DNA from: Candidatus Methanoperedens sp.
GTDB taxonomy: Archaea; Halobacteriota; Methanosarcinia; Methanosarcinales; Methanoperedenaceae
Assembly (NCBI GenBank): GCA_027460535.1
Contig: JAPZAR010000017.1
Span: 1 to 16,262, forward strand
Direction of reading: 5' to 3'
DNA: 16,262 nucleotides
Shown here: in pieces, positions 1-7,725 of the stretch
How positions within the stretch are numbered: position 1 is the stretch's first letter
Layout: each line of letters begins with the position of its first letter
Position numbers and translations under genes: made by a program
Notes under the pieces: model-generated
Databases searched by the model: none
What the model was told of the DNA's origin: nothing
Seen by the model: the letters and a program-made list of their open reading frames with translations, nothing else

Positions 1-7
1 GGAGTTA

Positions 8-139
8 CTGGAGAATGTCTACACTGTTAACATCCATCATGGAGATAAGCTGTTAAAAAGAACGAGTTCTGTGACTGAAGAGCAGAAAAAAATTATGGAT
101 GTTTTTGGCTGTTGTCATAACCAAGGGTAAAAGTTGGGT
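8..139 (+). repeat. Left arm of a perfect 132-bp inverted repeat shared with the right window edge. Probably the terminus of an IS-like element carrying the 3' end of an ORF (stop TAA 128-130).
   Basis: The reverse complement of 16131-16262 is identical base for base to 8-139 (aligned by hand). An ORF reads in from the left edge in frame 2: ...ELLENVYTVNIHHGDKLLKRTSSVTEEQKKIMDVFGCCHNQG*. Identity stops 9 nt after the stop codon, as expected for an element end. The transposase assignment is a contextual guess, not a recognised motif. Confidence 0.85.
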
Positions 140-289
140 AAATCTGCGTTCATACACCGATTACGGAAGAAAAGTGATTTATCGTATTTTCCTCATTGTA
201 ATTCGGGTGTCATTTATATCATGTAGATATGAACAGATGAAATAAAGATGCCTGTCAAAATTATTAAAAAAAGAAAAAATTTTAAACTG

Positions 290-946
290 CTACGTCACCA
301 CTATGTCACCTGATGTTCCGCCGTCGACAGGAGCGTAATTGTACCAGGCTTGTTTCTTATATTGATATGTCCATCCCCAATGAGGCTGGGCGAAATCACC
401 AACTCCGGTGAAATATGCGGAAAGGTAATTGAAGGTCGGAGTAATACCAGTTTGGCCAGCTCCATAAGTTCCCAAGAGAATGTCAGCTTTGGTTCCACTG
501 AAGTTGAATGAGCCTATGGAACCCTTTGTTTTCCGAGTTCCAGGATCAAACGTTCCATTGAAGATTGCAATATATCCTCCTTTAAATGTTCCTGATGCAT
601 CCTTGAGTTGAGAAGAACCGTTTCCTGGGCTTAATGCACCTTTGAATGTCTGCCATTTTCCATCGTACTTCACCACTGCATAGAAACTGCCGTCTGGAAC
701 TTTCCAGACCTGCACTATCTTGTTGTAATTGTCGAGTGCCCAATACCCAACATTTCCAGAATCCTCATCATTCGTCACTTTTAATGATATGTCTAAGATC
801 AATTTTGATCCACTTGGAACTCCCCGATCGTTTACGAAAGTTCCGAAGACTGGGTGACTCGGTGATGCAAATGCCGCCTGTGCCATCACAGATACCATTA
901 CCATGGCAAATATTAATGCCATGGATAGACTTCTCATTTTTTTCAT
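290..946 (-). CDS. Secreted hypothetical protein with an N-terminal signal peptide
   Basis: 218-aa ORF. The N-terminus MKKMRSLSMALIFAMVMVSVMAQAAFA/SPS has a charged n-region, a hydrophobic core and an AxA-type cleavage site. An AAGGAG Shine-Dalgarno (954-959 read on the minus strand) lies 7 nt upstream of the ATG. The mature part is Gly/Thr/Tyr/Trp-rich and I do not recognise the family. Confidence 0.7.
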   Translation of the reverse strand: MKKMRSLSMALIFAMVMVSVMAQAAFASPSHPVFGTFVNDRGVPSGSKLILDISLKVTNDEDSGNVGYWALDNYNKIVQVWKVPDGSFYAVVKYDGKWQTFKGALSPGNGSSQLKDASGTFKGGYIAIFNGTFDPGTRKTKGSIGSFNFSGTKADILLGTYGAGQTGITPTFNYLSAYFTGVGDFAQPHWGWTYQYKKQAWYNYAPVDGGTSGDIVVT

Positions 947-981
947 TTTTTTTCTCCTTTATTTGATACTTACTTTATGGT

Positions 982-1087
982 AAGGCTCGCCTGAGGCAAC
1001 CTTGTACAGCGCTTGATGCACTCACCGCACCACCCTTGCAGGCAAATCCCTGTGCATCTCGGATTTTTTAAAGCATGGTTTAAAAAA
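982..1087 (-). promoter_or_regulatory. Conserved promoter/5' leader element, copy 1 (near-identical 56-nt core at 1009-1064)
   Basis: The core 1009-1064 matches 1642-1697 with a single mismatch. It lies between an AT-rich TATA-like stretch and the start codon of the 290-946 gene. On the minus strand it contains a 7-bp stem, GAUGCAC (1015-1021) with GUGCAUC (1052-1058), enclosing a short hairpin with a GCAA tetraloop. Confidence 0.4.
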
Positions 1088-1115
1088 TAAAAGAGGGATT
1101 TGTACCTCTCAAAAT

Positions 1116-1565
1116 TTACGGATTTATTTGTATGTTTCCGGCTGTCAGATTCTCGTCCCGCGTATAGGCGTCTATAGTTATCATGAACATGTCAGGCGTT
1201 GGGGTCTTGCCGTTTTTACTGTTATCCATTACCATCACAGTAAAGGGGAATGCGCCAGTTCCGTTTATAGTCGCGAATCCGGTAAATGTTGCCGTATTGC
1301 CGGTGACTGTCAGCATCGTCACGTTTATTGAGTCAACGCTTAATGCGTTAGCGGGATCATCGTAATTCAGGTGTCCTGTTACAATCCCACTTACGTCTTT
1401 AACATTGAAATCGAAGTGCGACTCGTTGTTCATGTTAACAATCATTCCTCCGCCATTTGTCATATTTGCACCGGGCTTTGTAGCTACAGTTGTGGGGATC
1501 ATAAAAGCCGCCACTACCAAAACTAACACCAGTGACAACACTGTTGTTCTCTTTTCTATTTTCAT
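1116..1565 (-). CDS. Secreted or membrane-anchored hypothetical protein with an N-terminal signal/anchor
   Basis: The ORF track gives 1116-1580 (154 aa). A GGAGG (1573-1577, minus strand) sits 7 nt upstream of the second ATG at 1565, so the likely start is MKIEKRTTVLSLVLVLVVAAFMIPTTVA. The mature part looks beta-rich (NVTMLTVTGNTATFTGFATINGTGAFPFTVMVMDNS) and ends in GNIQINP. No confident family assignment. Confidence 0.7.
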   Translation of the reverse strand: MKIEKRTTVLSLVLVLVVAAFMIPTTVATKPGANMTNGGGMIVNMNNESHFDFNVKDVSGIVTGHLNYDDPANALSVDSINVTMLTVTGNTATFTGFATINGTGAFPFTVMVMDNSKNGKTPTPDMFMITIDAYTRDENLTAGNIQINP

Positions 1566-1603
1566 TCTATTTCCTCCCATATTTTAACCATTTACCTTTC
1601 GGC

Positions 1604-1720
1604 AAGGCTAACCTAAAGCTGCCTTGTATAGCGCCCACTCGGCGCTTGATGCACTCACCGCACCACCCTCGCAGGCAAATCCCTGTGCATCTCGGATATT
1701 TAAGATACGGTTTTAAGAAG
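1604..1720 (-). promoter_or_regulatory. Conserved promoter/5' leader element, copy 2 (core at 1642-1697)
   Basis: Same element as 982-1087, upstream of the 1116-1565 gene. It carries one substitution (1670 c versus 1037 t) that changes the minus-strand tetraloop from GCAA to GCGA, both GNRA. It also has a 10-nt insertion that creates its own hairpin (agcgcc cactc ggcgct). Confidence 0.4.
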
Positions 1721-1969
1721 AGGTGCCAGTTTTAAGCGTACAGTCCTTTGCATATATACAAATCATTTTTAGCACCCGCACCATACACATAATTATGATG
1801 GAATTTGCCCTATATAAGCCTTTCTAAATTATAATATCTGAAACTTGCGTTCATCTGCGGTTTTTGTCTTACAATTTTGATACCTTATTTTTCGGCAAAT
1901 CCTTTGGTTGTGCGTCCTTGCCCACGAACATAAAGTGATGGGGGAAAATCCGGTTCAGAAGTGTGGATA

Positions 1970-2010
1970 ATGTGTTATCTGAATACGAAAGATGTGTTAT
2001 CTGAATACGA
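1970..2010. repeat. Tandem direct repeat, 2 copies of the 19-bp unit atgtgttatctgaatacga separated by 3 bp
   Basis: 1970-1988 and 1992-2010 are identical, read directly from the sequence. The repeat is intergenic, just 3' of the 2044-2400 gene. Confidence 0.85.
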
Positions 2011-2043
2011 TGAAACCACGCCAGTCGAATAAAAATATGAGAG

Positions 2044-2400
2044 TTACTTCGGATTCACTCGTATGAATAAATACCAGCTATATATCACATGGATAAATGC
2101 AATCAAAAAAATGAAGTAAGTAAGCTCAGCTAAATGGTAGTTATTTATCAAGTTCCCGATTGCACTTAACCTGCCCACGGGCTTGAAAAGTGTATTTAAT
2201 GCAAGAGATAGACCCGCTATGGAGATAAACAACCATGTCTCCTGGATGATGCCGCCTTTCAGGAAAAGCCTGGCCTTCAATACGTCTCTATCCAGCCTGT
2301 GCATATTGAAAAGACCCAATCCACAGAAAAAGGTTATGCCAACGGCAGAGTTCACATCGAATATTTCCATAAATACATCAACAAATCCCATCGCATTCAT
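2044..2400 (-). CDS. Small hypothetical integral membrane protein
   Basis: 118-aa ORF with about 3-4 hydrophobic segments (AVGITFFCGLGLF, TWLFISIAGLSLALNTLF, LTYFIFLIAFIHVIYSWYLF). An oligo-T run follows the stop on the coding strand. No recognised family. Confidence 0.5.
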   Translation of the reverse strand: MNAMGFVDVFMEIFDVNSAVGITFFCGLGLFNMHRLDRDVLKARLFLKGGIIQETWLFISIAGLSLALNTLFKPVGRLSAIGNLINNYHLAELTYFIFLIAFIHVIYSWYLFIRVNPK

Positions 2401-2850
2401 CGCATTATATATTATTTAATCTCATATATATCGTTATTGTAGGTAGTATCAAGCCCCCGAGGTTTCGCCGATTAAAACCGCAATATTTATGTAAAGAAAG
2501 TATTATGCTGGTGTATGTGAGGAGCCAAAATAAGTAACATTTTTATAGATAGGATATTTGGATAGGATAGGAATTTAGGGCTCCTCAAATATAGAATGCT
2601 TTTTGATATTTAAATGATTTTTCCAGTATTATACCCAAATTCATCCTGAATCAGAGCTGGAAAAATGCGAAAGCTGGAAGTCAGCTTAAATACATGTGAT
2701 AAATTGCCCCGGGGAATACCTCTCCGGAGACGCTGGAGAAGCTTATACGAGCCATGGTGCAAGTTTGTGGAAAAAATGGCTGTGTACGCTTCTCCTGACC
2801 ATCGCTCTACCTGCGGTCATGACCTTCTTATTTAAAAAAATCGAATGGAA

Positions 2851-4182
2851 TTACCGTCTCAACCTTGAAATACCCTGCCTTACTTTTAGACTCAATTTAT
2901 CAGGCACGCATTCAAGCAGCTCTGGATCAAGGTAAACTGCATTTATCCATGCACGTGAGGCCCTATCGTAACTTCCAAGGTTATAGTAGGCAGATGCCAT
3001 GCCGTGATGAGCTTCGGGAATTCCGGGATCGATTCTTAATGCCTCCTGGAACTCCTTGATGGCTTCTTCGTACATTCCGGACTCTGAATAGATGTTCCCA
3101 AGGTTATTTCGGGCAAGAACATATTCGGGGTTGATCTTGAGAGCTTCATTGAACTCCGTAATGGCTTCATTATTTCTCTTTTGCGCAGCATAGATATTTC
3201 CGAGGTTGTTGTGGGCAGGGGCGTAGCCCGGATCTATCCTGAGGGCTTCCCGAATCTCGACCAATGCCTCATCATATCTGCCTGAGCGGGCATAGATATT
3301 ACCAAGATTGCTGTGCGCCTCCGTATATCCAGGATTAAGGCCGAGAGCCTCTAAAAGTTCCCTTATGGCGTCATCAGCCTTTCCCATTTTATCATAAGTA
3401 ACAGCGAGGTTATTGTGAACTTCAATATAATCCGGATTAAGACGCAAAGCCGCCTTAAGCTCATTTATTGCATCCTCATATCTGCCTATCATGTCATAGG
3501 CGATACCAAGATTGTTGTGGATATTGTGGCTAAGACCTATGGAAGAAGTCACATGGAAGGAAGAATAATAATCTGTTAAAAGTTTTGAAGTCTCAACATC
3601 CATTCCATCTGTATTTTTTAAAGAATAATAATTTTCTTTCCGCTCGTAATACACAATGTCGATATCTTTTATTGAACCGATGCTATAATCCACGAAGATC
3701 ATACGATCAGGAGGAATATCGATCACAAGAAAGACGTGCGGTCCTGAACTCGCTGCTTTTATCTCGGGAACTATGGAACTTGACAGGATGTAGCCAAGCT
3801 GGGTAATAGCCGCACATGATGCCAGGAATTCCTGCTCCTTCAATTTTTCTTTTTCAGGGATGCTCGATTTATCCAGCAGAGCAAAGATGTCTTGATTCGC
3901 AAGATCCAATCCGTTAACAAGAAGCATTATCAGCTTTGCAGGAAAATCGGGACGGTAGTAGCCCTTGTTTTCCAGATGAAGCATCAGGTCTTTGAGGGAA
4001 TTTATTAATCCTGGCGTATCTTTTTCTTTTACGGCAGAGATCGCTGCTTGCTTTAGTATATCGAAATTTATCTCTTTGAATAAAATATCCAGTTCAAATA
4101 TGATCTCTTGAATGCTGGTCTCATTATAGCCGAGATGCCTGAGCAGGTCTCTGACATCCGGGAAAGGTTCTGTGTCTTTCAT
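2851..4182 (-). CDS. TPR-repeat protein with an N-terminal domain of unknown function and about 6 C-terminal TPR units
   Basis: 443-aa ORF. The C-terminal half is a regular 34-residue periodic array (HNNLGIAYDMIGRYEDAINELKAALRLNPDY, HNNLAVTYDKMGKADDAIRELLEALGLNPGY, HSNLGNIYARSGRYDEALVEIREALRIDPGY, and so on), the canonical TPR signature. Confidence 0.85.
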   Translation of the reverse strand: MKDTEPFPDVRDLLRHLGYNETSIQEIIFELDILFKEINFDILKQAAISAVKEKDTPGLINSLKDLMLHLENKGYYRPDFPAKLIMLLVNGLDLANQDIFALLDKSSIPEKEKLKEQEFLASCAAITQLGYILSSSIVPEIKAASSGPHVFLVIDIPPDRMIFVDYSIGSIKDIDIVYYERKENYYSLKNTDGMDVETSKLLTDYYSSFHVTSSIGLSHNIHNNLGIAYDMIGRYEDAINELKAALRLNPDYIEVHNNLAVTYDKMGKADDAIRELLEALGLNPGYTEAHSNLGNIYARSGRYDEALVEIREALRIDPGYAPAHNNLGNIYAAQKRNNEAITEFNEALKINPEYVLARNNLGNIYSESGMYEEAIKEFQEALRIDPGIPEAHHGMASAYYNLGSYDRASRAWINAVYLDPELLECVPDKLSLKVRQGISRLRR

Positions 4183-4434
4183 TTTTCCACTTGGGTGCCT
4201 GATCGTTTAGGTTCTTCCCGGATCATCCTGGCGGACAGATATTCAAAAAGCAGATTTGAGGGACAGCACAGCTGATTCTGGTGGTATGGGTGGTTGGTGG
4301 TATGTTTAAGAAAAGTTTGACCATGCTGTCATTCCTCCCTGCTCTCAGAGGTTTCACCCGGAGAATAAGCGCCCAACAATCCTCCGGATTTCCTCTCATT
4401 AATGAGGTTTATATTGATCTTCACGTTAATAAAT

Positions 4435-4794
4435 TTATTTCCAGAATTTCCACCATTTCTTAGACTTGGCCTCACTTTCCGGCAAAAGCATCTGATCGAA
4501 TACCCGGGTTATCTTGCTGTATTCCATCTGCAAGAAACCCAGCTGGGATTCCATGCTCTTTATTCTCTCCTCCATCATCTTGCGCATTTGTTCTTTTTGA
4601 GCTAACTCGGACTTCAGGGATTCGGCTTCTTTCCGGCTGCTCAAATCCTCTTCTGTTTTGTTCAGGCTTTCTTCGGGTTTTTTCAGGTAGTCCTCAAGGA
4701 TATTTCGATAAAATGCACCTTTTGGTGTCGGGCCCCTTTGCTCTTCCATTTTATTGAAGAATTCTTCTTCAACCCGGATGCTGATTGTCTTCAT
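4435..4794 (-). CDS. Small ribbon-helix-helix-like protein with a coiled-coil tail
   Basis: 119 aa. The N-terminus MKTISIRVEEEFFNKMEEQRG...GAFYRNILEDYL fits a beta-strand plus two helices (CopG/RHH layout). The remainder is a Glu/Lys/Leu-rich heptad-like sequence. Pattern-based call only. Confidence 0.5.
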   Translation of the reverse strand: MKTISIRVEEEFFNKMEEQRGPTPKGAFYRNILEDYLKKPEESLNKTEEDLSSRKEAESLKSELAQKEQMRKMMEERIKSMESQLGFLQMEYSKITRVFDQMLLPESEAKSKKWWKFWK

Positions 4795-5009
4795 GAAACT
4801 GAAAATGGAACATAATGTATTAATAGTTTATACAAAAGATTTCATTTCATCCTGTTCCCGACCAAGAAGACCTTACGTCGGCCACCATGACCATCAAGTG
4901 AAAGAATAAATTTATAGAAGCATGGAGTATAAGTAAGGGCAATAGAGACCCTTTTGACTTCTGAATGCCAATAAGAAATCATAGATTGAAAAAACAGGCA
5001 AGAAACAAC

Positions 5010-5189
5010 ATGACGACTATAACCATAAAAAAAGAAACGTATACCCTAGATAACAGATTATTGCAGGATTTGGGATATATCTTAAAAGGGAGAGTATGGA
5101 GGAAAAAAATTGAAATGTCCCAGATTAGAGACGAACTTGAGAAACTGCAGGTATTGAAAATTCCCAATATAGAGATTATACTGGATTAA
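5010..5189 (+). CDS. Possible small hypothetical protein
   Basis: The ORF 4965-5189 has an internal ATG at 5010 giving MTTITIKKETYTLDN... It is divergent from the RHH gene. There is no clear Shine-Dalgarno and the region is AT-rich, so it may be spurious. Confidence 0.25.
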   Translation: MTTITIKKETYTLDNRLLQDLGYILKGRVWRKKIEMSQIRDELEKLQVLKIPNIEIILD

Positions 5190-5225
5190 AGGTATAATCT
5201 CCCCGTGGAAACTGATGCATAGAAG

Positions 5226-5313
5226 TGGCGCCGAGGGGGAGACTTGAACTCCCGAGGGGCAAAGCCCCACAAGCTTTCCAGGCTTGCGCCTTAGGCCGCT
5301 AGACTACCTCGGC
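5226..5313 (-). tRNA. tRNA-Ser, anticodon GGA, with genomically encoded CCA
   Basis: Hand-folded from the minus strand. Acceptor stem GCCGAGG/CCUCGGC; 3-bp D stem GUC/GGC; anticodon stem CAAGC/GCUUG with loop CUGGAAA (anticodon GGA). Long variable arm GGGGC-UUU-GCCCC; T arm GGGAG-UUCAAGU-CUCCC; discriminator G followed by CCA. Confidence 0.92.
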
Positions 5314-5341
5314 TCGTGCCTCTAAATATAACAGATGACTC

Positions 5342-6346
5342 TTATGCTTTTGCCTTCCATCCTTTGGGATAAGTGCCGGGTTCAAGAAGCACCCTGTCTG
5401 TCGCCGCCACTATGCCTGTCGCCGCTCTTAGAATTTCGGCAGACTTCATCTTCGCCTGGCCGAAAGCCACTGCTTCGCCTTTCAACGTAAATATCGCAAC
5501 GGTATCCCCTTTCTCGATCCCCGTCTCGAGCGAGAGAACACCCGGCGCAGCCAGGCTTGCCCCGTGGCAGATGGCGTCAACGGCATTATCCCGGATCACT
5601 ATCTTTGGAAGGTGGGAAAGGGCATACTCCAGGGGACTTATCACTTTCCTCAATGATCCTTCTTTGTCGCTTTCCTTCCATTCTACATACGCATCTTTCA
5701 GGTCGTGGAGAGTGACAAGGGTCTCATCCTCGCGAAAAGGACCGCTCTTTGTACGCCGCAGTTCCTGCATATGCGCGCCTGTTCCCAGAGCCATGCCCAT
5801 ATCGTGGCAAAGCTTCCTGATATACGTCCCTGCCTCACATCCTGCCCTGAAAAGCACATTTTCGCCATCGAGTTCCATAAACTCCAGATAATAAATATTC
5901 CTTATCCTTGTTTCCCTTTTTACTGCGGATTTTATGGAAGGCTTCTGGTATATCGGGCCTGTAAAGTCGGAAAACACGCTTCTTATCGTCTTTTCGGGCA
6001 CGACGGAGTGAAGTTTCATCATGCACACATATTCCTTGCCCGCTGTAAGAAGTGCATCCACGGCTCTGGTGGCATCCTCCAGCAGAATGGGAAGCAATCC
6101 TGTAACATTTGGATCAAGGGTTCCGCTGTGTCCAGCTTTCTCAAGCTCCAGGATTTTCTTCACCCAGGACGTGACCTCGTGACTTGTGGGCCCGGCAGGC
6201 TTATCAAGGTTAATTGCTCCTTTTCGAATATATTCCTGTATCAGCCTGTCTTTTGGCCGTTTCCCAAACCGCTCGTCCGTGGAGTCCTCAGATTTTATCA
6301 GTATCTCTCTCTTTGTTTCTGAAGGTAACTGGTTCATGTTAAACAT
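5342..6346 (-). CDS. cbf5: tRNA/rRNA pseudouridine synthase Cbf5 (H/ACA RNP catalytic subunit, TruB family with C-terminal PUA domain)
   Basis: 334 aa. It has the catalytic TruB motif HSGTLDPNVTGLLPI and a PUA-like C-terminus (LPKIVIRDNAVDAICHGASLAAPGV). It sits immediately downstream of cmk, as is typical in archaea. The start is either ATG 6346 or ATG 6337, and it overlaps the cmk stop. Confidence 0.95.
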   Translation of the reverse strand: MFNMNQLPSETKREILIKSEDSTDERFGKRPKDRLIQEYIRKGAINLDKPAGPTSHEVTSWVKKILELEKAGHSGTLDPNVTGLLPILLEDATRAVDALLTAGKEYVCMMKLHSVVPEKTIRSVFSDFTGPIYQKPSIKSAVKRETRIRNIYYLEFMELDGENVLFRAGCEAGTYIRKLCHDMGMALGTGAHMQELRRTKSGPFREDETLVTLHDLKDAYVEWKESDKEGSLRKVISPLEYALSHLPKIVIRDNAVDAICHGASLAAPGVLSLETGIEKGDTVAIFTLKGEAVAFGQAKMKSAEILRAATGIVAATDRVLLEPGTYPKGWKAKA

Positions 6347-6855
6347 TCAACCGCTTTAATGACTATTTCACTTATCTCTTCAGGTTTCCACCTACTGGAA
6401 TCGATCACAAGATCGTACACGGACAGGTCATTTATATCTATATTGTAATAATTTATATAGCGCTCACGTTCGCAGACTTCCCTTTCTGACGTCTCTGACA
6501 TCGCATCTGGAACTGATTTGCTTTCCCTTTTTGCGATACGTTCCGCCCTGATCTCAATGGGGGCTTTCAGCCAGACCTTGAGGTCTGCATCCACCAGAAA
6601 CCCCGAAAGTCTCCCTTCAAGAAGGATATCATCCCTTTCAATAGCTATTCTTTTTTGCATCGCATCGATTTCCCGGTCTATATCCCCATTATTTCTTGCA
6701 AGTATCCCGAATTCAGCGAGACACATGCAGCGGTCTTCTGCGCATTTTCTGAAAACATCGCCCATGGAGATAAGCTCAAGACCAAGCTTGACCGACAATA
6801 TCTTTGATAATGTGCTCTTCCCGCTGCCCGGTGGTCCGCTGATTGTGAGTATCAA
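6334..6855 (-). CDS. cmk: Cytidylate kinase, archaeal type
   Basis: 173 aa with the P-loop at the N-terminus (ILTISGPPGSGKSTLSKIL). The start is a TTG that directly abuts the TAA of the upstream gene (TAATTG). The next in-frame Met lies after the P-loop, so TTG is the only viable start. Confidence 0.9.
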   Translation of the reverse strand: MILTISGPPGSGKSTLSKILSVKLGLELISMGDVFRKCAEDRCMCLAEFGILARNNGDIDREIDAMQKRIAIERDDILLEGRLSGFLVDADLKVWLKAPIEIRAERIAKRESKSVPDAMSETSEREVCERERYINYYNIDINDLSVYDLVIDSSRWKPEEISEIVIKAVECLT

Positions 6856-7725
6856 TTACATTCCGCCTATATTCAATGCCTTCCTTGTCATCTGGCTCAC
6901 GGGGATCGAACACAGGAAATACCAGAATAACCAGTACTGGAATGGTCCGAACAGCGTTGCGTTCATATGCTGCTTACCCCAGAAAGGAAAAATCATCGTA
7001 GATGGTGGTGCATAAATGTTTAGCTTGCCATTTTCCGTTGTGGCATTGAATTCCTGGGTTTTATCTCCTTCTGTTTTAAGTAATACCTTAGTTTTCTCTT
7101 CATTTAGGCTGAGAGAGAGAAGGTTTTTTGGGTCGGATACTGTGATTACTCCACCATCACTGCTCTTTTCGATTGTCGCGTTTTTCACCCACTCAACGCT
7201 CTGAGTTTTCTCAAGAAAAGTTATCAGTTTACTGCTGTCGTTTATTGGTATGTCATTCCAGCTAAAATACTCTGGAGTTATGACTGTATATGCCCAGAAG
7301 AAGAGCGGGATTGAAATAATGCTTATATACAGCATTGGTTTGAACTGCTGTTTCATCATCTCCATCTGGTCTCCCATCATTTCAGCGCGCTGGGCTTCCA
7401 GTTTTTTCATTTTCTGGGCATTGTTGGCGAGCTGCGCCTCCTTGAATTCGGTCTGCATGGTCTTCATTTTTTCCTGGACGCGCCTCATCAGATTCCAGTC
7501 CATTGTGTATTTCTGGATGAGGGATGCGTAAAGACCGGTGATCGCGGCAAGGAGGAAAATTATAATGTAGGATTCTTTTTCCGGAGGGAATAAATCCAGG
7601 AGCGGATTTAAGATCGTTCCCACGAATTTGCCTATTTCGCTCCTCAAATTCGGGAATAGCAAGATTCCGAACATCAGGAATATCCCAAGGTACAATGCCA
7701 TCTTTTTTATTATTTTCTTAAACAT
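6856..7725 (-). CDS. DUF106 / EMC3-YidC-like archaeal membrane protein with an enlarged loop
   Basis: 289 aa. Layout is TM, then a basic coiled-coil (RRVQEKMKTMQTEFKEAQLANNAQKMKKLEAQRAEMM), then TM, then a long hydrophilic insert, then TM. It occupies the conserved archaeal position between adk and cmk, and its start overlaps the adk stop by 8 nt (ATGTTTAA). Confidence 0.8.
   Translation of the reverse strand: MFKKIIKKMALYLGIFLMFGILLFPNLRSEIGKFVGTILNPLLDLFPPEKESYIIIFLLAAITGLYASLIQKYTMDWNLMRRVQEKMKTMQTEFKEAQLANNAQKMKKLEAQRAEMMGDQMEMMKQQFKPMLYISIISIPLFFWAYTVITPEYFSWNDIPINDSSKLITFLEKTQSVEWVKNATIEKSSDGGVITVSDPKNLLSLSLNEEKTKVLLKTEGDKTQEFNATTENGKLNIYAPPSTMIFPFWGKQHMNATLFGPFQYWLFWYFLCSIPVSQMTRKALNIGGM

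Noticed and set aside
1795-1841. C/D-box-sRNA-like arrangement (AUGAUGG ... CUGA)
   Set aside because: The C box is non-canonical (the final A is replaced by G). There are no internal C'/D' boxes and no terminal pairing flanking the boxes.
1970-2010. Considered as a possible CRISPR or minisatellite array
   Set aside because: There are only two copies with a 3-bp gap. No spacer-sized unique segments exist and no cas genes occur anywhere in the window.
2696-2935. 79-aa plus-strand ORF overlapping the 3' end of the TPR gene
   Set aside because: There is no start context and it overlaps the TPR coding region in antisense. It is probably fortuitous.
4395-4406. Perfect 12-bp palindrome ctcattaatgag, 29 nt downstream of the RHH gene
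   Set aside because: It is short and AT-rich and lies downstream rather than upstream of the putative DNA-binding protein gene. It could arise by chance, and nothing supports an operator role.
5082-5270. 62-aa minus-strand ORF
   Set aside because: It overlaps the tRNA-Ser gene, which folds into a complete cloverleaf.
5373-6322. Long plus-strand ORFs (172 aa and 205 aa) across the cbf5 locus
   Set aside because: They are antisense shadow ORFs of a very well supported gene. Their translations are Ser/Arg/Pro/Cys-rich with no motifs.
6518-7015. 165-aa plus-strand ORF overlapping cmk and the DUF106 gene
   Set aside because: It is antisense to two motif-supported genes and spans their junction. 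The sequence is low complexity and Ser-rich.
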